In this document: in pieces, positions 26,601-39,491 of the stretch
Position numbering within the stretch: the stretch's first letter is position 1
Layout: each line of letters starts with the position of its first letter
Source: Aplysia californica
Lineage: Eukaryota
Length of the DNA stretch: 64,000 nucleotides
Reading direction: 5' to 3'
Assembly: GCF_000002075.1 (NCBI RefSeq)
Contig: NW_004797325.1
Span: forward strand, 1,444,618 to 1,508,617
Notes under the pieces: generated by a model
Databases searched by the model: none
What the model was told of the DNA's origin: nothing
What the model saw: the letters and a program-made list of their open reading frames with translations, nothing else
Program-made: the position numbers and the translations under genes

Positions 26601-29600
26601 ACCTTATGCAGTTGTGAGCACAGTAAAACCCTCTACCATTAAAAAAAAAATAAATGAGATGTTGATGTTGTACCATCTCATCCTGGGATAGCCCTGTCTG
26701 GCAGGATGGAAGCCAAACAAAGTGAGACACCCAAGGCTGATCGGGACATTACCTAGGGCCCCAGCTAACACAAAACATTGGATAGTTTGGGTTATGGTTA
26801 TCCTTTGTCTCTATATCATGACCTCAACTATAATACAGGTGGTATACTTTGACTCCATTTTTGTAGGTTGCGCGTTATATTACAGGGTGAATTTCTGACA
26901 TGCTGTAGGGGTCTTTAAGTGCGTGAAATCAGGTACTAGTCGAGCATCTAATTAATATGTGTCACGACGTGGAAGAATCAAGCGCTCATCAATTTTTGGG
27001 CTTATTGGGTTATTGGTATCATCTTAAAGCCTGTTCATTTGCCTTCCTTTTTGTGAAAAAAAATTACCCTTCTATGTTGAATAGAAGTCGAAATATTTGC
27101 GAAGGAAGTCAGGGTCCCCTGATTTCAGAGGTAAAATTAGTGAGAAAATGGCGGCCAAAGTTTGGTAACTTCCATAGCCTGAGTTCTTGGAAACTGAATA
27201 TTTTCTTTTTTTGTGCCTTTAACTCTTTTCCTACCCGGCCAAAATCCACCACTGGCCCAGGGCTTTTCCCTGACCTATCTGTACGTCCCTACCCCGCCAA
27301 AGGAAAATGTCAAAACATCCAACTAAACACACACAAACCACATCATATGGCCCCTCAAACTGAAGGTTAAAAAATAATCTATTAGATTGCGATACAATAT
27401 TGAAGATTTATTCCAATTGTATTACTTTGGGGTTTCTAAAAGTGATTATGCCATATCGAAGGTGTCATATGAAATCAATAATTTTCCAGCTTTGAAAGTT
27501 CATAACTAAAAAAGTTCAACAACAGCATCATTCAAACTTCCCAGGTAGGTTGCCTCAAGTAATGCAAAGAAATGCTGAAAGTTGTGTATGTGTTCTTAAT
27601 ACAGAAGTGAAAATATTAGACATATACTGAAGTCAGGGGAGCGCTTTTTTTCCTCATATTTACGTTTCAAAGGGGACAAAAAAAGGGCTGAAATGACAAA
27701 AAAATCGTCTGTCAGTGCAATATTTTCTTTCGTATCTACTAACAGGAAGTCTATTGTATTATTTTGAAAACCTGGATTGGCCGAGAATTTTGTATCTTTT
27801 CATTACTGGATTGGAATAGATAGCGAGCCACTCGAGCCGTATTTTGCGGCTCTCGGTCCAGCGAGGCTAAGTCCGCGAGCCGCTTGTGGTAGGGAAAGTG
27901 TTAATCAATGTTTTTCAGTAAGATCCACGCAGAAATATGTTTTTTAATGGACGTAAAAGGTGTTGAGCCAAAAACAGAAAATTAGAAAACATTGCCCATC
28001 GGCCCCAAAAAATGCCGATTTCTTTGATTTAATTATTTTTACGAGTGCCTGATTTCACCACAGTGCCTCACATATTGTCTTACCCTTAAGAACTGTTGGT
28101 TGGTGTATTGAGACGGATTTAATCTGTGAAAATCCTAATTACTTTATCTTGCTGGAATCAATCCTCTATGTTGTGCGTATTTATGCAGGGACTTAATACT
28201 TTTTGAATTAAATTGTTTTTTTGAAAAATGGTTCATATTGCAGGTGAGTATGTTATATGGTATTGTTAATGCTGTAATCCTTGCTGTCTGAGGCATATAT
28301 TGAAATGTCACATTTCTTAATTAATTTCTGAGTTAGCTGGTAGATTGAGGTCTTGTCTTTTTACAATGTTTGTAAAATGGTTTAAAAAACCTACTTTCTG
28401 TGCAGGTGGTTAGTGGGCACTCTTCTGTTGTTTGCTCCTTCTTAACTATAAAACATATCTCTCATCTTTCTTTTCTTTGGATGTCACTCTCTAGTTACAC
28501 CTCTAATCTTCAGCACTCATATGACCTTCTTGTGTTACGAGTGCTGTAAAACACGTACTAAAACTTAACTAATATTACTTTGTGTTTCTTGCAGACTCTG
28601 TCGCTGCCTTTCATGTTCAAGACCGGGTCGAATCAGCTTCTGGAGTTTATTGGTGCAAGGATGTGGTACTGCTCCAATGCTGACTTGGTGAGTAGAAGTG
28701 ATGGAGAGAGAAATTACTTGCCTACTCATTTCTGGTATGGTTTTTTAAGTCAGGGGATTGGGGAGGATGGTGGTCTCATGATAATTATGATAATTTTATT
28801 TGCTGTTACAAAGCGTATATCCTATTCTACAGCAGGGAGCGGCAACCTTCAGCTTTTAGTCTAGATCCGGCCTAATGATGGTTTCCGTCCGGCCTAAAGC
28901 CCCTCTACTTATTTAATGTAACATCCGGCCTTATGGGCCTTACAGCGACATTCCTATACATTTGAATTGTTTCATTCGTAACAAAAAGACACTCCATGAT
29001 TGTTTATGAGCAGAGACCAATTTGCCCCACAGTGATGAGATGCTAACACCCATACCTGCTTCACCCCACATCGCTAATTATGTGTCTCAAAAGTTTGATT
29101 ACCCATGCTTGCTTAGAAATGCTTTAAGGAAAAAAATAGGCTTCATAGAAAGATGCGGAGATATTAAGTTATAAAGACTACTAATATGTTGAATAGAATT
29201 GATCGAAATTTCTACTACAACTATTGCAAATGACGGCAGCTTTAAAAAAATTAAGTACATTTATAAGTACTTATGTGATTAAAAGTTGTCATTGTCAATA
29301 TGTACACTGTTCTTAATTATCAAAAGATTTTAAAAAGTCCTTTCTCTGACACCTCATTAAAAAATTATTTTTTTTGCGGCATAATAGGACTTTTCTGAGC
29401 TCTAATGTGACCAAGTTGGCTGAAAAGGCTTTTGACCTCTGTTCTACAGCAGGCTCTGTGTTTTTTATAACTGTTATTACCTTAACAGACCATAGAAAAC
29501 TCAGAAACACTCTCTGATTCCCAGGAAGCGTACAGCCAATTAAGTGCTGAAACACAAACAAACTGAGGAGATCTTTTGATGTCTATAATTGCTGGGTACT

Positions 29601-32600
29601 GTAAGGAGTACTGTCTGTGCCATATCCAGTATAAAGTTGTGTATTTTTTTTGTACTGGTACAAAATGCCTTTTTTTATATCCAGTAGACCCACTAAGTAA
29701 TTTCTGTTTCTATCTCCTGCATAAAAAAAATGTCTGGTTTTATCTCCTGTACAAAGTAATGTCTGTTTCTATCTCTGATACAAAGTAAGGTCTGTTTCTA
29801 TACCCAGAACAAAGTAATGTCTGTTTCTGTCTCTGATACAAAGTAAGGTCTGTTTCTATACTTAAGACAAAGTAATGTCTGTTTCTATCTCCAGTACAAA
29901 GCCATGTTTTTTTTTTTATACCCAGGACAAAGTAATTTGTTTCTTTACCCCAGACAAAGTAATGTCTGTTTCATCTCTAGTACAAAGGATCCTTTGAGTG
30001 TCCGAACAGCCTCCCAGTTGAGGATGTGATCAATATGCTCAACAACCGCATCACATTTGCCACCAGCAAAAAGCGACAGCTGACCTCCGAGGACAAAGCT
30101 TTTCTCCGCAATCGATTGACAGGTACTACCACAAATTTCCTAGATAGCAATAGCAGGTGGTTGGCAGGTGTTTTTGGTGTGGCTTGCTCTTTTTTTTTCC
30201 AATCAAACATCTATCACTGTTGTAACTCCTCTAATCTTCGGCACCTGTATGACCATATTGTGTTGCAAGTGCCGTAAAACTCTTACTAAAAACAAGATAC
30301 CAATTTTTTTTAAGTCTGAAAAACACAAACACAAAAATAAAACTTCCTAGCTACATTGAAATTTGAGTCGGTCACTATTTGTTCATGTGGTCTTCATAGG
30401 TTATGATATTTTGGGGCTACCTTCACTGAATTTGGAATCAACATCTGTGGTGTAATGGTTTTTCTCTTTGCTGCTGCCTATGAAAGGGGGGGGGGGGTAA
30501 GCTGGAGGGTGCTACAGGTTGGTCCTACTTCTTCACTTTCCTTCTGTTGTTTCTGTCTGTCTGTCTGTCTTATTATTCTCAGCACTAAATGACCATTATT
30601 GTGCCGATGTGCTTCTCTTTACTCAAACAAGCAAACTAGCATGGGAGAAGTGAATTCGTGGGTGGTTGGTGGGTGCTCTAATGTGATTTACTCCTTCTTT
30701 CCTGTCAAAATTTCTATCGTTTTTATCTCCCCTTTGGTTTTTTTGTGTTTGTGACTCTCTTGTAAAACCTCTATTCTTCGGCACTAATTGTGTTGCAAGT
30801 GCTGTAAAACTCTTATTAAAACAAAACCAAGATGTGAGTTCGATTCTAGTGTGGCGAGGATTTTTATTGGAGTACTTTTGTCTGTCTGCTGGAACACTGT
30901 GTTCTTGTTACTAGTGTTGCTGTGTCAGGCAGGGTTGAAGCAGCATCCCTCCAAAATGATCTAAATGGGTGATCACTGGGGTGTATCCTTGTGCTAGACA
31001 CGACAATCCTAGCTAAAAACAACAACCCAGGGTGCTGCACAGTGGTGACCAGCAATGGCGTGTTTGTGAAGTTGTTCTGTATTGGTGTGATGTTGAATAT
31101 TTATGTATGTTTTTATGTATGTATGTATTTTTAATTATGTATGTTTACCATTGTTACTAAAATTTCCTTACTGGGATCAATGAAATGTAACTTATTTTAT
31201 TTTATTATTATTTTGTTCTATAATGATAAGGTTCTTTTGCCATTGCGCGCAATAGACACTTATTTGAATTCAGGGAGCTGTTTTATCTAATAACTCCATT
31301 TGTCTTCCAGGATGGTATATCCCACTTACCCTGCCTTGGCGGTTGCAGGTTGGGTCAAAGTATCTGGTTTCTTAATAGGATCTGAATTGTGTTGATAGAG
31401 GAGTAAACCATTTACATTTATTTATGATCACTGTCTTGTGTCTGTTCCCAGTGAATGAGGAAGGACAAGTGAGCATGCAAGGATTTATCAAGGTACTGAT
31501 TCCTACTGTGTCCTCTCTTTCTCTTCATACTCTTATGTGTTCTTTCCCTTGTTCACCCCAGTTAACCTTTATGTGTCCTCTCCCATTTTCACCCTAGTTA
31601 ACTCATTCTCTGCCCATTTTTATACCATTTTCACCGATTTTCTCTGTGCATCCGATCATGAATGATAGGTGTGTATGTTTGGGAAGGATTTTCATAAGTA
31701 AAATGAAATAATAAGTAGGTAGTGTCATACATATTCTGAAAGGTAATAAAACGTAGCATTGAAATGTGCAAAAAAATATTTGATTAGGCAAAGGACGTTA
31801 TTAATACTTGTTAAAGAACACGTCCATCACATGGGAGCTAATAAAAAGACAGACTAAATTTCCAACTTTTAATATAAATAATAAAATTTGTATTTCAAAA
31901 AAAGATTCCTACATTCATTTTATGAATGTTACATTTAATTCCCTGCATGTTCATGCAAAAAGGTATGGAATTGTGCAATTCTAGCAGATTTTATGATATA
32001 TTTTGTAACATCACTGTGACAATACCAAAAGTTGTAATGAAACAGAATTTGCCCGAGTTGCACTTGCTTGTCCAAGTCTAGATTTAGATTTTGACGTAGA
32101 TCTAGGTCATTATCCTCTTTATATTCACTTCTCTTGGCTTTCTAATTTCCCTTTCATTTCTAAGCATATTCACTCACTTCCCTATCTCCATCTATCCTCT
32201 TTGCTGTCACTGTAGATTTAGACCTACGAATTATGTCTTTCACGCTTTTCACTCTCGATTCAATCATCGGCTGAATCAGAGTCTAAAGCTAAGGATTCTT
32301 AGACAATATCGTCTCTGTCCTCAAGTTTGCTAAAGAAAAATTTCCTAGTCTGTTTTACAAGTTATATGCCTTTAGGGTCGTTTAATTACTACCAGGCCCA
32401 GAAAACATAGCTAGCTAGAACTAGAAATGGGTGTGATCATCTTTCGTGTTTTGCTTTCACAAACACGCCACAGAAAATACTTCAACAATGTCAATTTCCA
32501 CCCACTTACATAGTTATAGACACTATATTTCGTTGCAGGAAGTTTTTACTTTTGAGATATGTTTCTATCAAAACTTAAAATTATGGATGAAGTATTTACA

Positions 32601-35600
32601 AAGTAAATAAAGTTTGAGTATAGTCTGTACCGATGTATCGGTAATGGGCGAAAATGGTGCGGTCGCGCTGCTGATTTATCAATTTTCACCCCACTTAACC
32701 CTTTTGAGTCCCCCGGGGCGGTGCCACTGACAAGTGTCTTAAGGATATTTCTTGTTCTAATGCTCAGTACTAACAGTGTCATGCTCATAACTGTGCCTGA
32801 ACTACAACAGGGAACTACTGCTTTTTCTTTACTATCGTCATTTTCCTCAACTTCTTTTGTATGTTTGTCACTCTCTTGTGACCCGCTATTTCCGGGGTGC
32901 CTTGATAGTCGAAGCAGACTTTGTGCTGCTGAAGCTGGAGAGGTAAGCAGAGTAAGTCTGATTTCCTGTAAGGACTTCTCTGTTGACATCCACCCCTTAG
33001 CGCTCATATGACCTTATTATGCAGTTGCGAGTGCCGTAAAACCTCTACTAAAACTTTAAAAAACTTACCCTTTTTGTGTCCTCTCCATTTATTTATGCAA
33101 GTTAACCCTTTTGTGTCTTCTCCTTTTTTCTTGCCTGTTAATGGGTGCTCCATTAACTCAGTTGGTGTCATGCAGGACTAAGGAGCGGATTGCCCTGGTT
33201 CAAATCCCAGATTGGTTGTTCTTGGATATGGATTGTGTTGTGTAGTTTTCAAGGTTCTCAACCCGTTTGGTCCGGTCCTGTTGGAGATGGAAGCTAAATT
33301 TGGAGGTCCCGCCTCCAAAATAACCTAATAGTGTTAATAGGATGTTAAACCCACACACCCTTATTTTTTATTGTTTTACTTCAGTAGTCAACCTCTTTTT
33401 GTCCCCTTTTTTTCCCTCACTAGTTAACTCTCTCGTGTCATCTCCTTTTTTCACTCTTTAACTCAACTCCTCGTTACTTTTTCTCATGTGTTACAATTTC
33501 AACCTGGCTTTAGAATTTTCTAAGAAAAACCTAAACATTATATGTCTTTTAGTTTTCCTTGTCTGTCATTCATTTCAGATTGCAGAGGGCTCCATTTCTA
33601 CTGCTTTTCACTTCGATTGTCCTCAGAAAAATTGAAAAAGATTTATGCCTCTTTTGTCAGCCTTGTTTTTCTCTGAAAATTATATTTCTCTTTAAAGTGT
33701 TTCATTTATTTGTACAATTTTGATATCTTGGAATCTGGGAAGGGTTTTTTTATTCAGTAGTAGCTTTTCATTTAAAAGCACAGTAAAACTTTGAAAAAAT
33801 ATGCTGCCTGCACATCATAAGATCCTGATTGTTAGCTATTCCATGCTGTCCCTGGCAGCCAGTATTTTTGTATTTGTATGTTTTATCTGATTATATATAT
33901 GATGTTTTATATTGCTGGTGTCCGGCACAAACCATGCATCCTCCAAATAAGGTCAAGGGATCTTTATCGTCTCAAATTATGTTATTTACAACCACCATTA
34001 TAAGTGGTGAAACTGTATTATGGGAAAAGCACGCTCTACATTATATTTTTTGAAATTCCGACTGATGACAAGAATAAAATAATGTTCCCCCCCCCCCCCC
34101 TTATTAAAAAATCAGTGTTCACACTCATTTATGGTTAGAATTGGACATTATTGATGATTTTTATGTATATTCTTCTAAAACTCTTTGACTTCTCTTGTCC
34201 CACAGCCAAACCAGGAAGGAGCAAAGAGTTCCAAAAAATCTGGGGCAGAGACGAACCCTTCATTCTATTCATGGTTCCATGGTGTTGTCGGCAGTATAGA
34301 GAGATATCTACTCAAACCGTGGGAAGATGGGTAGGTGGATATTAGGTCAATAGATAGACAATAATGGTGTGAACAATAATAGAGAAAGTATGATAAGTCT
34401 TCTTTTCTTCTTCTTTGCTTTCCCCTGCAAGATCTCAAGGGTAGTCAACTACTGCTGGTTCTTCGGTCTTCAGTGCAACTGAGTTTTACATATTTTATTA
34501 TATTTCCTTCTTTTGTTGGGTCCTTTGGCTTAAAGTTAAAGTCAGCTGCACCCAAATTTTGAAGATATTGACTAGAGTACTTTTACAGTTTTACTTGGGT
34601 GGTGGCAAAAGCCCACTCTTATTGATTTTAGGGCCACTGAGGGATCTTTAACTTTCACAACTTGCACAAGGGACCTCCTAGATTTTTTTACCATTATCCA
34701 AGAAGCTTAGATGTTTGATCTTACCTTTCGTAAGACCTGTACTGTGACTGAAAAACAGTGCAGCAGTAAGAAGGAGCCAGAAGAAGCAGAGAAAAGGAGT
34801 GGGAAGAGAGTGGAGAGGAGTATGTGATTTCCGATGGCTTTGTCTTTAACCACTCCCTTGCTTGTCTTATGATAAGAGTTATGTGGCGTTTAATTCCTGA
34901 ATGGAATACCTATCTATTCTTCTCCTTTTTCTCCATCTTCTCCTCCTTCTCTTCCTGTCCTTCTTTACTTCTTTCTCCTTTTCTTCTTCCTCCTGATCAA
35001 CTTCCTCCCCTTCCTTTATCACTTCTTCCTTCTTCTCCCTCTTCTTTCTCTCTTCTTCTTCCTGATCATCCTCCTCCCCTTCCTCCATCTCCTCCTTCTT
35101 TCCTGCTTCACCTCCTTCCCCTTTTCTTCCTTTTGATCATCCTCCTCCCCATCCTCTTTTGTCTCTTCCTCCCCCGTCTCCACCTCCTCCTTCTCCTTCT
35201 TTTCTTCATCCTGATCCTCCTGTTTCTCGTCTTTCTTCCCTTCTTTGTCCTTCCTTCCGTGTTTGAGCTCTAGTTTATCCTCCTCACTGTTTAACTGATT
35301 CTGCTCTCTGCAGAGGCACGGGTGATTAGTGGGTGCCCTGGTGCGGTTTGCTTCTCCCTTTCCTTTCAAACATCTATTGTCCTCATCTCTCCTACTTCTG
35401 TTTTGTGTATGTTACTCTCTTGTAACACCTCAAATTTTTGGCACTTATGTAACCTAACATTGTGCTGCAAGTGTCTCAAAACTCTAACTAAAACTAAACG
35501 GAAGTCTGCAGAGGGCTTCAGTCTTTCAAGTAGCAGTGTGATGGCTTTGGCAGAAGTGCAGATGAATGAGTCATGTTGGGTTTTTTTCACGTGTGCATTT

Positions 35601-35868
35601 CTTATTGATTTTTTTGAAAAAATGCAAGTATTTTTACATCTGCATCAACACAATTTGAACCATTTTATTAGGTAGGATTTTACACTGCCTGTCAGGGCCA
35701 ACCTAAGCTAAGAGGGATCCAAAATCCCAGCGAAAAGACTGAGATACTTAATTCTCTTGCATGCAGTTTCAAAGCGTCTATCTGCTACACCACTGATGCC
35801 AGTCTGACTTATTATAATGTGTGCTTACTTAATAATGTCTGTTGTAATGGTCACTCAGTGTGCTTGTA

Positions 35869-35911
<43 letters not shown>

Positions 35912-38900
35912 GTGTGTGTGTTTGTGTGTGTTGGAATCATCATTTGAAGATGGACCTTTGCTCGAAATGTTTATTACAATTGTCATGTGCTAAGGCTTTA
36001 GATACAGCATGTTGCCGGGTTTTTTGTGTGATTCTTCTAAAGTCATTACCAGTCAAAAGTGTCCTAGATACCACCCACTGTCAAGGAGAAAAATGTTAGT
36101 CTTAGGCAGGTGGAAGTCTCACACAATGTCATTATAAAGTTATGAAAACACAAGGGAGGAAAATGTGGAAGTGGCCGTTTGTACAGGTGATTGTCTTATA
36201 CAGGTGGCCGTTAGAGCAAGTTCAACTGTCATTGTAAAGTGCATAGAGCATGCTGTATAGCATGGATGTGCACTATATAAATGCAATTATTGTTATAATG
36301 ATGAAAATGATTATAATAATAATGATAATAATAATAATTATTATATTAATTATTATTGTTATTGTTATTAGTATTATTGTAATAATAATGAAGATCATTT
36401 CTATAGAGCCCACTCCCGTGTAAACGCAGCTCTATTACTAGTATTGTTATTATTATAGTCATTATGATGTAGTTTATTTTGGTTTGTTTCTCCAGCATCA
36501 TCTACGGCTTCTGTAGCCCGGCCGATGTGGAGAGGAAGTTGATGAGTGACCACGTGCCGGAGGGCACCATCCTGTTCAGACCCAGCGCCAACAAACTTGA
36601 GTCTGCGGCATCCAAGAAGGCCACCACAGCTCTCATTATGGCTGTCAAGACCAGGAATGAGTCGTCATGTGAGTAAATCTTGTGAACATATACCTTCCAA
36701 AGAATATGAAATTTTCTCCTGTCTCATTTTTGTGATTGACTTTGAGAGATCTTATTTTGAAAGTCTGGAACCTCAAAGCTTCCAAGATTGATTACATTTT
36801 CTCCCTTAATTTTTTTATGAACTCTGCTGTTTTTTTCCCTTGACAACATTATGTAATGTGTAATTGGAATGGTGTTAAGCCTTCATGGGGTATTACTAGT
36901 GGTTAGGCTTCCAGACTCGCAACTGTAAGGTTTTGGTTTCGAATCCCGTCAGGGGCTTGACGATGTGTCCTTGGGAAAGGCATTTTACACAAATTTTCCT
37001 CCCTCCACCCAGGTGGGAATCGGTACCCAATTATAGACAGTGAAAGATTTTGTCAGTTTGTTAGTGTTTGAGCGCTTAATCAGCTGCTTGCATTGTATGC
37101 TTCTCGGGAAGCTGAGAATGTTTCTGTGTGTTCTATGGTCTGCTGGGGTAATAATATTATAGTGTAAAGTGCACAGAGCTTGCAGTGGAACAGGTATATG
37201 GCCAATACAAATGCTATTTATTATTATTATTATAACTCAAAGTAAGAATAAATGTGCCCNNNNNNNNNNNNNNNNNNNNNNNNNNNNNNNNNNNNNNNNN
37301 NNNNNNNNNNNNNNNNNNNNNNNNNNNNNNNNNNNNNNNNNNNNNNNNNNNNNNNNNNNGATGTCTTCATGTGCTTTTGTTGTGGTCAACAGATGCAGTC
37401 ATGTCAGTTCCGTTATACGGCGATTTCATTGAAAAGAACGGCTTCTACAAATCCGTGAGAAACATCAAGGATGAAAAAAACCAGCGCATCGCAAAGTTTC
37501 TTTATGGATGTGGTGAAAGAAATAGAAGCATTGTTGAAGCTCTGGAGAAGTACGGCAAAGGTTTGTGTTTATGTCTTGGTTGTAATAATAGTAATAGAAA
37601 TAATAATAATAATAATAATAGCATCAGCATCTGTGGTGTAGTGATTAGATACTTTGCTATTGCACGCAGGAGACCCCTGAGTTTGATACCTGAGTAGGGA
37701 GAAATTTTTATCAAGTTTCTCAGTATTTCTGTGTCAGTTGGGGGCGTAAAAGCCCCTACATTTTTTTAAAAAGGAAAATAATAGTTTGTCTGTCAATGTT
37801 TGACTATGACCAACACATTTGCAGTGGAGAATATTTCTTAAGAAAAACAGAATCCACATACTCATCCTCCAGTGCCAGATCTGATTCCTTTGCTTTGATG
37901 CTCTTAAAAAAGCTATGTTTCCCTGATCTTTCCCCATTACCCATTTGTTTAGGTTCCCTAAGTAGATTGCTTTGGGCCTACCCCTGCCTTGTTTGCCTTC
38001 AATTTTGCCAGTGATAGCTAGATGTTCAAGACTTTTATGTGTATTCAGGTGTCCCAAAAACTGCATTTGTCGTTTCCTGATTATTTTTAACATTGAGCGT
38101 CCCATGTGGGCTTTATCAAGCTCTACCTCATTTGATTTCTTTTCCTTCCACAATTTTCTCAGCAGTCTCCTAAGAAACCACATTTTTGTTGCTTCTATTT
38201 TATTTTCATTGTCTTTAGTGATTGTCTAGCATTCACAGCCATATAGAAGGGTTAACCATACAGAGCATTTCAAAACTTTCATTTTGGTAGTCACTGAGAT
38301 GTTTTTATTTTTCAGGATTGGGCTCATTTTTATTGAAACTAGCTTTAGCCATTGCAATTCTCCATTGCAATCATCTGACACAGTAACCCATTGCTGAGGA
38401 GAGTAGTGATTGTCGTAGACAAAACAAATTGATGTCTTGTACAGTGTCATTATAATATAGAACAATGCAAAAAAAATGCAAGGGGGGCAAGTGGGAACAA
38501 GCGGATAATTAGAGAACGACAACTAAACGCCATTGGCCAATATTTATAGTAACAGCCATCTTGTTTGATGTCATTGAGGAATTCCCACTTTGTTGTCATT
38601 CATGGTGACAACACAACCGCTCAACGGCAGCCAGCAGCTTGCCAACTCTGATTAGATCTATTTACTTTGCAACTTGCAGAACTGTTCGGTTCGGTTGTCT
38701 TTGATTGTGCAACACCCTTCTTTCACCCAGATTGATTCTGATGCTGTACACTACGTAAATTGAAAAGAAGAAAAGACTAGGAGTAGGCTTACGTACAAAA
38801 GCTAGTTCAAACAAAGTTCAATGACACAGTGCAAATGATCGACCGTTTCAATCTGGATCGTTTCTTTTAAAGTTTTGTAAGCACAAGAAATTAAGCACTT

Positions 38901-39459
38901 ACAAGAGACTGGGCTCAATAGGACCCTCAGCTGCAAACTGAGTAGATCTAATTTGAGACTGGAAGGTTTGCAAATGGATACTATGAGGTGCAAATGCAGT
39001 ATACTAGGGGGAACCACAGTATAGGAAAGATTCAAAGAGGGAAGGGAGTAAGGGGAAGGTGGTGGGGGGGGGGCTGCTGGTGGTGGGAAGATCAGGTGAC
39101 GCGGCGGCGGGCATCCCCCTTGCCAAGTCAAACAAGATGGCTGTTATTGGCCAAAGGCGTTTAGTTGTCGTTTTCTAATTATCCGCTTGTCAAGTGGGAA
39201 ATGGCCATTTATGCAGGTGATTGTCTTGGACTGGTGGCCGTTAAAACAGGTTCAAATATATGTATCTAGATGGTTTTATTTTCCCATATTTTCAGAGGAG
39301 AGAGAGTCCAAGTATTACTATGACTACAAGCTCATGGTGAAGAAGGTGGAGACGTTGAGTGTGAGGTTCTGGTAAGTTTAAGTTACAAGACAAGCATTTA
39401 CTCATGGAGTTGCACATGATCTCAGTGTGTATGTGTGGGTGTGTGCATGTGTGTGTGTG

Positions 39460-39491
<32 letters not shown>

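Noticed and set aside
34824-35369. Pro/Leu-rich and Glu/Lys-rich ORFs (also the CV-rich and poly-Ile ORFs at 12507, 17368, 23623, 24506 and 35860)
   Set aside because: These are translations of simple repeats.
37260-37359. Missing STAT exon hidden in the assembly gap
   Set aside because: Exons 15 and 16 join in phase and give a continuous SH2 sequence, so no exon is required. A small symmetric exon cannot be excluded.
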